Assembly: GCF_006345805.1 (NCBI RefSeq) | Contig: NC_043012.1 | Coordinates: forward strand, 29,512,001-29,576,000 | Length of the DNA: 64,000 bases | Source of the DNA: Octopus sinensis | Taxonomy: Eukaryota | Reading direction: 5' to 3' | Shown here: positions 51,880 through 64,000 of the stretch, in pieces | Layout of the letters: every line of letters starts with the position of its first letter | How positions within the stretch are numbered: position 1 is the first letter of the stretch | The notes under the pieces: generated by a model | Databases searched by the model: none | What the model was told of the DNA's origin: nothing | The model's input: the letters and a program-made list of their open reading frames with translations, nothing else | Made by a program: the position numbers and the translations under genes

Positions 51880-53341
51880 TTTTACTGAGTTGAGAATGGA
51901 ACAGATTACAAAATTATAAACAGAAGAATAAAAACAAACCGAAATGCAGTTTTGACTTGTGGAGACTTTGGGAATTTTGATTTTACAATATTGCATTTTA
52001 TAGCATTTTGTGTCATCTTCAAAATGAAATGGCATTAAACAAAAACAGCATGTCTGTATGTCTATCAATATGTATACTGTTTGTGTCCATTTAACTATAT
52101 TGTATGTGTGTGTGCATGCGTGTGTGTATGTGTGCTAGGACCTGGTTTTGAAAAAGAAAATTATAACCTAGTTGAAGAAAGAAGATTAGCAACCATATCA
52201 AAGATTGTAGAGGGTAAAGCAGCAGAAGTGATGAAGATCCTGCAAGCCATCATATGTAAATATATGTAAATATAGATTTGAAATATTTCAGTTTTATTTC
52301 TTAATGAAATAGTTTATTTTATTCATTTCATTCAAATTTGTTAACTGTTTTTATATATTCATCACCCAAACATTGTGTCATTGCTGATGATGATGTTTAT
52401 ATTTTAACTGTCGAAACAGCTGTAGCAAATAGGAATATAACATAGAAGTATCAGTGGGATCTTTGCTTTTTATTCATCTGAACATTTTGCTCTGAACATT
52501 CTTGTTAGCTAATCTGTGTCTACACAAACTCATTCCTTGAGTTCGTAAATTCAATAGAATTTTTCTTCTTATTATGCTTAAGCACTAATTCAGTAATGTG
52601 TGTGTGTGTGTAAATTCCTCACTGGAGGAACCTCTACATTACTGAAATTTAATGAAGCACTCTGCAATTTTAGAAGCACAGTGCTACTACTGCTTACAGC
52701 ATTGCACCTCTCCCCCCTGCTGTTAAATATTCACATTGAGAGATGGATCATTTTTGAACCATGAGCCTGGTTGATCTTGTAGACCTAAACTGTTTGATGC
52801 CACCACCTGGTACTTGAGGGCTTGTAGTTCAGCCCAGAGTAGCAAATATTCTAATATCAAGGGATCTAATAATATTTTGATACTTCAGCATCAAAGTCAT
52901 CATAGGGGTTCATCAACCACCACCACTACTCTCACCTGTCCCTGCTGTGCCCTTTACAATCTTGGAAGCCCTGAAAATGATAGGGTTGCCGACCTTCATT
53001 CTTTGACTAGGCTGTGATTTGTTTTCATTTAAATTTAGGGCCCAGTGACTATATATCACTGAGCAGATTCTTGGCTGGTTGTGTGCCCCTGTCTCTTCCG
53101 GCCAGTGGAAGGAAAAAAGAGGGAGTCCACAGCTAGGCACACTATGAACCTCTGTGTCCACTCCACTGTAAATCACACACACACACACACACCTATACAT
53201 GCAGTTTTAAACCTCTCTCTCTCTCTCCCTTCTTCCCACTCCAATATATCTCACATTTTCAGATCATCTTTACATATGGGTGGGGTAGGGTGGAGAAGAG
53301 TTACAGCTGTTGACAAAGGGGGTGGTGAGTGATTATTCAAG

Positions 53342-53503
53342 CGGTGGTGGTGGTGGTGGTGGTGGTGGTGGTGGTGACGACGATGATGATGATGATGGTG
53401 GTGGTGGTGGTGGTGGTGGTGGTGATGGTGGTGATGGTGATGGTGGTGGTGGTGGTGGTGATGGTGGTGGTGGTGGTGGTGGTGGTGGTGGTGGTGGTGG
53501 TGT
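53342..53503. repeat. (GGT/GAT)n trinucleotide repeat
   Basis: Directly visible; similar tract at 44580-44645. Confidence 0.95.
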
Positions 53504-53988
53504 GGTGACAATGTGGTGATGATGGCTGTTGTGGTACACGTGGTGGTGGTAATGGAAATTACAGTAATGATGATGGTAGTATTAGTGGTAGCGGGTGGTC
53601 CCCCCCCCCGCCGCAAGATGGTTATGGTAGTGGTGGTGGGGTTTACAAAGGTGTTAGTAGCATTTGTGATGTTAATGATGGTGGTGGTGGTGTGCCACCA
53701 GTCTGATAACCACTATTGGCTACCACTACTACCACATCCACGACCGCCACTACCATAACCACAACCAACACTATTAGACACTATTATAAATACCACCACC
53801 ACCACTGGCAGATATGACAAGACTGGTTTCACACAATCTTTGATATCTGACCCTATTAAATTAGCTGGCAATTTAGACTTAGTAGTAGTAGTAGTAGTAG
53901 TAATAGTAGTAGTAGTAGTAGTTGGTGTTGTGGTGCGATGCAGTGGTGGGGCTGGGTAGAAAGCAGGAAAGCTTTTATTATATCAAAT

Positions 53989-54002
53989 GTTGCCATGGCG
54001 AT
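53989..54002. promoter_or_regulatory. RFX X-box-like site
   Basis: GTTGCCATGGCGAT versus consensus GTTGCCATGGCAAC, in unique sequence with locally retained CpG. Confidence 0.35.
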
Positions 54003-54903
54003 GACATCTTACTTCAGACTGCAATATTACCCACCGACATACCCACCCAACCATCCACCCCTGCTCCTGCTGCTATCAACATCATTATTGTTATTGTGGT
54101 GGTGGTAGTGGTTGTTGTTTTGTTGTTGCCACTCAAAAATGCCATGAAAAAAAGTAAAAATATATGAATACTTTTACACACACATACACACGAATATACA
54201 TATCTATTTACATATATGTATGTAAGTGTATGTATACACACACCTACATGCATCACATTTGCACATGTATGTATGTATATTTACATGAGAGAGTGAGATG
54301 TAGTCATACACACACTCATATATATATGTGTGTGTTTATATATATATGTATATATATACACTCACTGATACACATATACAGTTTTTAAACCTGGATTTGC
54401 TTGGGAATAAACAGAAAAATTAGTTCTCATATGACCTGTAACCGAAAACCTTCTGGAATGATCAGTAACAACAACAACAATTAGATTGTGAGTGGTGACA
54501 GTGGTGGTGGTGGTGCTAACACAGTTTTTTTTTCTCGCCTCCTTTCTCTCTTCTCCCCACCCACCCTTGAAACATAACCATTCTGTTCATCATCGGGGTA
54601 TCACTAAATATTTTTGCCTTTGTCTCATGTATCTAAGGAGACTCCTTGATGTCAGGGTGTTGCAGGTGTTGGAGTCAACTGGTGGAATTTGGCCAAAAGA
54701 GCTCAGCAGATAATGTGTCCTATCACCAGACACCACTGTGCTGGGTTTTGTGCACCCAGATATGGAATTTTCAAAATGGTCTCAGAATGAGCTTGGAAAC
54801 TAAACAATGCAGTAGATAGTTCAGTACTTGTGTTTGGGTGTGTTTCTGGGACAGAAAACTGTTTTGAGAGTTTGTTGTGAAGAGTCATCATTGAGAAAAA
54901 TCT

Positions 54904-55111
54904 GAGTACTTCCCTTCGCTGTGTCCTCCTGGACAGTCCTGAGGTCTTTGAGTACTTCCCTGATATTGTGTACTCTTAGACAGTCCTCACTGAGATCAAT
55001 GAGTACATCACTGTACTCCTGGTCAATCTTGATTGAGCAAATCTTCAGGAGTACTTCCCAGCTGTAGTGGACTCCTGGACAGTCCTGATGGGGCAAACTG
55101 TAAGGAATACC
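54904..55111. repeat. Degenerate tandem array of four ~46-56-bp hairpin-forming units
   Basis: GAGTACTTCCC..GTACTCCTGGACAGTCCTGA-type units start at 54904, 54950, 55001, 55049. Confidence 0.8.
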
Positions 55112-55427
55112 TTGCTTAACATTGCAGGCAGAGCTGTTGTTGTTGTTGTGGTGATGGTGGTGGTGGTTGTGATGTTGTGTACTTCTGTTGCTATGGTGCT
55201 GAATGTTGCTTTTTTTTGTTAAGGTGGTGGTAATTGCAATTGATATGATGATGAAGACCTTGAGGCACAAGAATACTCCGGTGTCTGCTTGGCCGTCCTG
55301 AGATTTTGTTCCTTTCATCCAGTTCCTCTTTGTAATGTGTCTGTGTCCCATTATTTCACAAAATTTGGATATTTGCAGGGATAAATGGAGCTGCTGTGTC
55401 CATAGTTCACACTTATGTGCACACACA

Positions 55428-55645
55428 CGAGGGAGGGCTGAAAAGCTCCTGGCTTTGGGTAAAAGAAGATATATGAGGATCAATTAATTATGATTTTATT
55501 CAATATATTCTCCTCTCAGCTTCACACACTCATTGCAGTGGTTCTTTGTTTTTTTTTGTAGCCCTGTAAAAGAACTCAGAAGGCTGGGCTTCCAACCAGG
55601 CCTTCCACAATACTCTTTAAGCCAGGAACTTTTCAGCATCCCTCA

Positions 55646-55646
<1 letters not shown>
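55428..55646. mobile_element. Mariner-derived MITE (~220 bp)
   Basis: TIRs CGAGGGAGGGCTGAAAAGCTCCTGGCTT / AAGCCAGGAACTTTTCAGCATCCCTCA. Confidence 0.85.
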
Positions 55647-55684
<38 letters not shown>

Positions 55685-56089
55685 CTAGTATACGATATGG
55701 ACTCAGAGAGAGTTGTGTGACCACCAGCGAAAGCTCCTCATACTGGCTCAGTTAATTTACACACATACACACCATCATCATCATCATCATCGTCGTCATT
55801 TAACCTCTGCCCTCCATACTGGCATGAGTTAGATAGTTTGAGAGGATCTCACTACTCAGAGGAGTGCATCAGGTTTCCAATATCAGTTCTGGCATGGTTT
55901 CTCTGGCTGAATGCCTCTCCTAACACCAAAGCCACTTTACAGAGAATACTTTTGGGAGCAAGAATATTTCTCTGTAGAATTCAGCCTTGGCACTTTAGGA
56001 ATTTGTCTGTGACTGTGGCCTCTATTTGTAGTCTGACTAAAATTTGGAAGATAGAAACTGCATGGAAGCTTGTTGGTTTTAATGTGTGT

Positions 56090-56390
56090 TTAAACCACAT
56101 GGTTTCAGGTTCAGTCCCACTCTGTAGCACCTTGGACAAGTGTCTTCTATTATAACTCTGAGCTGACCGATGTCTTGTCAATGAATTTGGTAAATGGAAA
56201 CTGTGTGGAAGCCTGTCATGGATATATGTTTGTGTTTATACCTAACCACAGTTTGGCAATTAGTGTTGGTTTGTTTACATTCCTGTAACTTAGCAGGTTG
56301 GCAAAAGAAGACCAAGAGAATAGGTTCTAAGTTTTAAAAAATAAGTACTCGACTAAACTCATTGAGGTGACATCCCCCCAGCATGTGTGT
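56090..56390 (+). mobile_element. SINE family B, decayed
   Basis: aaccacatggtttcaggttcagtcccact..cttggacaagtgtc. Confidence 0.8.
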
Positions 56391-57362
56391 GTGTGCCTAT
56401 AAGCATTGGCTCAAGAGTACCCTTAGTTTTGTGTTGCCAAAGATAAGGCTGCATGTCTAGTGTTGATGTCACAAAAAAATGCTTCCTGTAAATTCTGTAA
56501 AGAAATGGTTGGTGACAGGAAGAGCGTCCAGCCATAGAAATGATGCCAAAAAGGAATCGTACAAGAACCAGTCTATGAGAGCAGTTGTGGCTCCTAATAA
56601 GAATTAACTTAGGTTGTAATGACCTGTCCATCTAACCTATGGGAAGTGGACATAAAAGAGAGGATGATGTATAGTTACCTGTTGAGAAAAAAAAGAACTC
56701 AATACAAATGTCGAGTGTATATTTGTGATTGACGTTACAGTTCTTTCCAGTTACTGACCAATTTCATCTCCAGTAGATACGAAATTAGTCTAACACTGTG
56801 AAGAATTATATTTTCAATTTCCTCAGTGTGTGTGTGTTTGTGGGTGCGCATGCATATATGAATGTGTGTATGTCTGTGCAGTTGTGTATGTGTGTATATG
56901 TATGTTCATTTGTGTGTGTGTGCATATATGTATGTTCATTTGTGTGTGTGTGTGTAATTACAAACAAGGAGAATGGGATAAGCAAGTCCTTTTGTTTCAT
57001 TACAATTGTTTCATTGAAATTTGATCTCATGAATATTGTTATTTCATGCAATAATGTACACAACAATTTCTTCATGAGGTCTTCAACTCAGCTCATCAGA
57101 AATTATTTCATATATTTATACATACATTGGTGCCATGCCTATGGTATTGCCACATGAAAACCATTGGTGTTGATGCCACATAAAAAGCACCCCGTACACT
57201 CTATAAAGTGGCTGGCATTAAGGAAGGGCATCCAGCCACAGAAACCATGCAAAAATAGATAATTGGAGCCTGGTACAGCTCTCCAGCCTCTGTCAAACAG
57301 TCTAACCCATGCCAACAGAGAAAACAGATTAAATGATGATGATGATATATATATATATATAT

Positions 57363-57540
57363 AAGGAGAATTCACAAAAAAAAGCAAAAGACGAAGACAG
57401 GTGGTGTAGACAACAAACAGATGTATTAGTATAATGCTCGGGAAGTGAAAAAGCCTTTAATGTTTCGAACCTACACTCTTCCACAGAAAGAAACAGGAAA
57501 AGAAAATAAAGAATGTGTAGTGGCTAGCGATCTATCATAT
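57363..57540 (-). mobile_element. Short Penelope-type element with degenerate hammerhead-like motif, in (TA)n
   Basis: Minus 57489-57456: ttt CTGTGGA A GAGT gtag GTTC GAAA CA TT aaa; same layout as 9918-10120. Confidence 0.6.
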
Positions 57541-57854
57541 ATATGTATACACACACACACGCACACATTTGTCATCCTCATTTCATTCTTGCATTAGCTG
57601 TAATTTGTCAAGACAGATTGTCTGTACAGCTGGCCGGATGCTCTTCTTGTCAGCATCTCACACCTGTTACCAAGCAAGGTAATACCTTCTGTAATCCTCC
57701 AAACATAAAATAAGACAATGGCTGAATATACTACAAAACAAGATTGCAAATGAATGATGCACTTGTACAATGGTAACATGTGCTTACAATTAGGCAAGAA
57801 GAGACATACATGCACCCACACCATGTACACACACGTATATACAAATACATATGC

Positions 57855-58283
57855 CTTGACTGGCTTCTGTGCCGGTAGCACATGACCTGCTGTGCTTGAG
57901 GAGACCTATTGAGTCAAGTACATCAACATCAAAATAAATATCAAATGGAAATTGTAGTTGTGATACCTGTGCCCGTGGCACATAAAAAGCACCAACTGAA
58001 CGTGGCCAATGCCAGCGCCACTTTGACTGGCTTCCGTGCCGGTGGCACATAAAAAGCACCATCCGAACGTGGCCGATGCCAGTGCCGCCTTGACTGGCTT
58101 CCGTGCCGGTGGCACGTAAAAGGCACCCACTACACTCACGGAGTGGTTGGTGTTAGGAAGGGCATCCAGCTGTAGAAACACTGCCAGATCAGACTGGTGC
58201 AGCCTCCTGGCTTTCCAGACCCCAGTCGAACCGTCCAACCCATGCTAGCACGGAAAACAGATGTTAAACGATGATGATGATGA
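57855..58283 (+). mobile_element. RTE 3' UTR with internal ~65-bp tandem units and (GAT)n tail
   Basis: Reverse-complement homologue of 6654-6940; repeated ttgactggcttccgtgccggtggcac.taaaa.gcacc. Confidence 0.88.
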
Positions 58284-58876
58284 TATAATGCCCATGTACC
58301 AAATCAGTGCTTCGCTGACCAGGTGGTCCACCTGTGTAACTCAGTCCTTGATGTTAACTTTTTAATTAAAGCTTCAGCTTTAAATCTGCCCAGGGTTATC
58401 TCGTTTTGGTATTTCCCATTGAGGAAAGTAAAGGGCCAGAAATGCATGCCTGGTAATCCGCACTGGGTGGATATGGTGGTGTTTTTACACCTTTTACTGT
58501 AAGGGAGAACTTTTTTGCTCCATGGTAACTGCTGGGATTTGCCTTTGTCACAGACATACACTTTACCTACCCTAAAATACATTTATCCCTAATCACTGCT
58601 TGACACTGATACTGCTATCATCATCATCATTATCATATATGTATGTATGTATGTATATATGAATGAATGAATGAAACGATAGATAGAAAATCTTAATTTT
58701 AAATCTTAATCCTTCCACCACTGGTTAGAGTGGTTCAACAGGATCCAACAGGCCAGAAGAGCACGTCTCACTCCACTTTCAGTTTTGGCTTTGTGTGTGT
58801 GTGTATTCATTCAACTAAAATTCTTCAAGCCTGTGCCCCAGCATGGCCACAGTCTAATGACCGAAACAGATAAAAG

Positions 58877-58935
<59 letters not shown>

Positions 58936-59549
58936 AAGTGACTATCCATATATATATATATATTGTTTGTGTTATGTCTCAGTGATGATGAAAATAGCAA
59001 CGATGACACTGATACAGGCTTCCTTGATTACTGTTGCTGTCTGAGACCATCTTGGAGAAATAATGTCACCCAAGCTGAAGTCTGATACATTTCATTTGAT
59101 ATGAATTGTGTATGTGTGTGTGTGATGTTTATAATAACCGTGTGTCTGTCTGTACAGACTATAACTGCCCTCGTTCACTGTTCTGCTTAGTTCTTCAGTA
59201 TTGATTCCATTTTTGTATTTTACATTGTTGGTTCCATCATGTCTGTGACCTAGCTGGAGCACTACTTTGTGTGTGATTCTTTTATTGGTTTTAGCCATTA
59301 GACTGCTTTCAAACTGGAATGACACTGTCTTCAAGAGCTTTCGTTCAAATGCTTTGGTCTCAGATATGTATTTTGGTCTGGATGTGAGTTCCTTGACCTC
59401 TGTTTCTTGCATGGCTAATCTGCATTATGATGTGAAGGAACACAACACAACACATTTTACACTCTTGTTCTCTAACACATATACAAAAACACATGCAAAC
59501 ATGCATGCATGTATTACAGGCTTCTACATAGTTTCCATTTACCAAAGTA

Positions 59550-59797
59550 TGGTCGTTGCCAGTGCTGCCTGACTGGCTTCCATGCCAGTGGCACATGAAA
59601 AGCACTGTTCAAGCATGGTCGATGCCAATACCACCTGACTGGCCCTTGTGCCAGTGGTGTTAGGAAGGGCATCCAGCTGTAGGAACCTCGCCAAATCAGA
59701 TTGGGGCCTGGTGCAGCCTCCTGGCTTGCCAATCCTCAGTCAAACCCATGCCAGCATGGAAAGCGGGTGTTAAACAACGATGATGATGATGATGATG
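59550..59797 (+). mobile_element. RTE 3'-UTR fragment
   Basis: ttaggaagggcatccagctgtag..gcatggaaagcgg..(GAT)n. Confidence 0.8.
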
Positions 59798-60112
59798 CTG
59801 TTACATATTTCTGCTAGAATTTACTACTTTCTTTCAACTGATTTTTAAAATAATGAAAGATTTAGAAAGATATCTTTGTCATTATTAATTTGGTTTTTGG
59901 AATGTAAATCAAGATGAAGATTACTTGGAAGATTTTAATTGAGATCTCTTTAAAGCAGGCAGTGTGTATCATAAAAGCAGTGGTGGTCTCCAGTGGGTTG
60001 GCACCAAAAGTGTGGAGTCACAAAGTTTTAGTCAGTCTGCAGCTATGATAGCATCAGTCAAGCTGCTACAGAAAGGGCTGAAGCTTGATTGCAAAGCTAG
60101 CTTCTTAACCAT

Positions 60113-60330
60113 ATCTATTTCTTTACTACCCACAAGGGGCTAAACACAGAGAGGACAAACAAGGGCAGACAAACGGATTAAGTCGATTATATCGTCCCCA
60201 GTGCGTAACTGGTACTTATTTTATCAACTCTGGAAGGATGAAAGGCAAAGTCGACCTCGGCAGAATTTGAACTCAGAATGTAAAGACAGACAAAATACCG
60301 CTAAGCATTCCGTCTGGCATGCCAGTTTCT
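60113..60330 (-). mobile_element. SINE family A
   Basis: ggatgaaaggcaaagtcgacctcggcagaatttgaactcagaa. Confidence 0.88.
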
Positions 60331-60439
60331 GCCATACCATTATACTGAACCATACCATTATACTTACACCCATACACATACAGACACACACACAAACACA
60401 AGTGTGAATATATATATATTTATCAATTTATTTATCTAT

Positions 60440-60770
60440 AGGTGCAGGTGTGGCTGTGTGGTAAGAAGCTTGCATCCCAACCGCATGGTTCTGTGTTCAG
60501 TCCCACTGCGTAGTACTTTGGGCAAGTGTCTTCTGTTATAGCCTTGGACCAACTAAAGCCCTGTGAGTGTATTTGGTAGGTGGAAACTGAAAGAAGCTTG
60601 TGTGTGTGTGTGTGTGTTTGTACCCACACCACTGCTTGACAACCAGTGTCAATGTGTTTATGTCACTGTAACTTAGAAGTTTGACAAAAAAGATTGAGGG
60701 AATAAGTACTGGGATCGATTCGATGGTGCCCCAGCATGGCCACAGTCAAATGGCTGGAACAAGTAAAAGA
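60440..60770 (+). mobile_element. SINE family B
   Basis: Head caggtgtggctgtgtggtaagaag through tail aacaagtaaaaga. Confidence 0.85.
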
Positions 60771-61146
60771 GATATACGCGCACGCACACACACACACACA
60801 CACACACAAATAACCATGTATATATGAATGTAACCTAATATTTCACTGCTTTCTGTTGGACACATCTACAATTCAAAAGAAAATTCGTATTTGTTTACAT
60901 TTTATCACAAAATATTGTTTTACAATCATATATGTATGTGTATGTATGTGTGTGTATATATATGTGTCTGTGTGTATAACATACATATATACCCATATAA
61001 TAGCTGTACACACACACACACATATATTCCAATAATAGAGCTGACATGCCTTCATTGCTTTAGTTTTCAGTTCCTTCCTCAATCTTTATCATTCCTTTCT
61101 CTCCTTCCTTACTCTACCTCTCTCTCTCCCTCTCTCCCCCCTCTGC

Positions 61147-61228
<82 letters not shown>

Positions 61229-62062
61229 TTGTATTCCAATATTCCTCTAGATTCATATATAACTGCAGCATCTCTCTCTCTCTCTCTAGGTATATATATA
61301 TATATAAAATGTGTGTGTATGCCAATCTTCCCCTAGATACACCCCTCCCCCATACGTAGCTGTCTCTCTCTCTCTCTCCTCCCTCCCCTATACTATTTCT
61401 ATGCCTATGTCTTCCTGTAGATATATCCTCCATGTAACCCAATCAGGCCGCTATCATGTTACCATAGATCACCTCATCTCTATTCTATACTACCACCACC
61501 TCCCCCACCCCCGCAGCCGCCACCACCACCCTTCGCAAACATTCTGACTCTCTGCTCTCATTTGTTGTGTTCTGGGTGTGTGGGTATGTGGGGGGGCTGT
61601 TGTTGTGGTAGTGGTGATGGTATTTGGTGGCAGTGATTGTGTTGGTGGTAGTAGTTGAAAAACTTACTCAAACGTCTGTATATATGTGTGTGTGTGTGTC
61701 TGAGTGTATACTCACATACACACACACATGGCTTTCTTTCTATCAATGGAGATAACTCAAGGAAGTAAATAGGGCTGTGTGAAAAAGAAAGATCCTTCCT
61801 TGTTGTTTTTAGCCCTAGGTCAACCTCAACAGAGCACATTTGTGATCAAACCATCCAAACCATGACTACTCCATAGAGTATGCAGGACTGTGTCGTCTAA
61901 TGTGTCCTTTTCCATTCTCGAGATGTTTGAGCATGACTTGAATGAGATCTGGTTTTGCTTCTATTTCTAGCAGGTCGAGAGACTTGTTGATTCATAGCTG
62001 TTGCTGTAGCGATCAGCTAAGGTCCATTTATTTGTGTTGTATATATTTTGTGTATAATTCTT

Positions 62063-62260
62063 TCAAGGCCTGAAATTGGGGGAGGGGAGCAAGTCAATTA
62101 CATCAACCCCAGTGTTTAACTGGTACTAATTTTATTGACTCCCCAAAAGGAGAGAAAGGTAAAGCATACTTTGGTTGAATTTGAACTCAGAATTATATAA
62201 AGCTGAACAGAAAATGTTGTCAAGCATTTTGTCTGCTGTCTTAACAATTCTGCCACCTCC
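62063..62260 (-). mobile_element. SINE family A, decayed
   Basis: aactggtactaattttattgactcccc..gaatttgaactcagaa. Confidence 0.75.
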
Positions 62261-62834
62261 CTGCATTTATGTTGTGTTTACTTAAAGTGAGTGGATTAAA
62301 CCTGGCTATCTAATCATCTTCATCATTTACCATCCGTTTTCCATGCTGGCATGAGTTGGATGGTTTGACAGGAGCTGGCTAAACAGAAGACTGCACCAGG
62401 CTTTTGTGTCTGTTTTGGCTGGGTTTTTATGGCAGGATGCCCTTCCTGACACCAACCACCTTACAGAGCAGACTGAGTGCCTTTTATGTGGCATTACACT
62501 CTGTCGGTTCCAGTTGATCCAATCTACAGAACAGCCTGCTCGTGAAATTAATGTGCAAGTAGCTGAGCACTCCACAGACATGTGTACCATTTATGTACTT
62601 CTCAGGGAGATTCAACATCATGCAGAATGTCGCAAGGCTAGCCCCTTTTCAAATACAGGTGCAATTCTTTTTTGCCAGCTAGGTGGACTGAAGCAATGGG
62701 AAATAGAGTGTCTTGCTCTAGGACACAATGCACCACTGGGAATTGAACTCACAACCTCACGATTGTGAGTTGAATACCCTAACCACTATGCCACATGTTT
62801 TCACATATATAATGAAAAAAGGTATTGGAGGGGC

Positions 62835-63165
62835 AATGCATACCCTGCATGCACACCATGATATAAAACAAAATTTAATCTAATAATCTCAAATGAATTC
62901 ATATTTCAACAAAATTACATCAAGAGTCATTTCCCCTACTTATTTTTTATGCATATGTAACAAAGGAAAAAACATATTTTGATTCACCCATCCACCAGTT
63001 TTGAAGATAATCAAACAAAAATTTAATGAGTTTATGCCACTCACCCAATGAGTATTTCTGCTAAATTTGGTGAAAATCTGTTCAGCCATTTTCCAGTAAT
63101 TTTGAAAACACACAGAGTAAGATGAGTAACTACAATACCCTGTTTTCACTTGCATGCACACGGTA
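62835..63165 (+). mobile_element. Possible Helentron/DINE-like non-autonomous element
   Basis: aaatttggtgaaaatctgttcagccattttc..acaataccctg..ggtaa is reminiscent of DINE/HINE ends. Confidence 0.35.
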
Positions 63166-63521
63166 AATATACGCATAAGTAAAGTGGCTGGTAAATGAAC
63201 AGAGAAAATGTAAGATAGGGATGTCCCTCTTTAGTATTGTCTTGAACAGGACCCCTTTAGTGCTTCCACTGTAAGAAAATGTGTCCAGTGCACCCTGTAA
63301 AGCGGTTAGCAAATAGAAAGAGCATCCAGCCATAAAATCTTAAGCTAAATGACGTGTGTAAGAACCAACCAGTCTATGGAAACAGTGTCCCCCCCCCCCA
63401 ATAAGGAGTGACTCAGACCATGATGACCTAGCCAAGCTATATCAGCATGGAAGGTGGATGTAGAAATGATGAGAATGGTGACATCCACAACACAGGTACT
63501 TATATGTATGAGTACAAAGAC

Positions 63522-63552
<31 letters not shown>

Positions 63553-64000
63553 ATGTACTATATAATGTGTATATATATATATATATATATAGTACACACA
63601 TAAGCCCCAAAATAACATTAGCTGCAATAATAATATAAACCTTCACATTGGTATGAATAAAACTAAAGTACCCCCAAAGAACCAATATGAACCCTGTTAA
63701 TAACAAGAAAATCACGCCATCTAGTCCACATAAACCCTACCAAAGCAACACCAATAAAACAGACAAAAGTTACAGGAAAGTGAAACCCAACTATGGAAAT
63801 AAGCTGGATAGCCGTAACCATAACATCACACGACAAACAAACAAGGAGGGTAGCTTCTATACTAGAAAAAAACAAAAAAAAACAACAAAATAGTGATAAA
63901 ATCTGGTTCGTAATCCCCTTCACTGTGCACCTCAAATCAAACATAACTTAAACGTTAATAATAAATATGCAGAATTATTCAGGTATAAAATTAGAGTAGG

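Noticed and set aside
53251-53616. Poly-His, poly-Pro and poly-Gly ORFs
   Set aside because: Readings of a (GGT/GAT)n tract with no splice or homology support; same for 19044-19299 and 44548-44800.
54821-55483. 220-aa minus ORF as a gene
   Set aside because: Starts inside a mariner MITE and crosses microsatellite; no recognisable domain.

Overview
Eukaryotic, very AT-rich and microsatellite-dense DNA with one 100-N assembly gap (10230-10329). The repeat complement (tRNA-derived SINEs with CORE-like and Nin/Deu-like domains, (GAT)n-tailed RTE LINEs, (TAA)n-embedded Dong/R4 LINEs, mariner relics, Helitron-type MITEs, Penelope-type relics) points to a coleoid cephalopod, most likely Octopus (inference). 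No intact multi-exon gene is visible, and almost all listed ORFs are microsatellite or transposon artefacts. The best host-gene candidates are a minus-strand first coding exon at 47-394 (signal-peptide-like N-terminus, good splice sites), a promoter-like CpG-retaining segment near 9.2-9.3 kb, and a possible plus-strand first exon ending at 19779. CpG is retained up to about 11 kb and strongly depleted beyond, suggesting most of the window is intronic sequence of a methylated gene body. Most notable structures: several unrelated short Penelope-type elements in (TA)n tracts carrying hammerhead-ribozyme-like cores, a 564-bp fold-back mariner with 245-bp arms, a PHD-type finger inside an RTE reverse transcriptase, and an unexplained hairpin-unit tandem array at 54.9-55.1 kb. 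All calls were made by eye; repeat boundaries are approximate.
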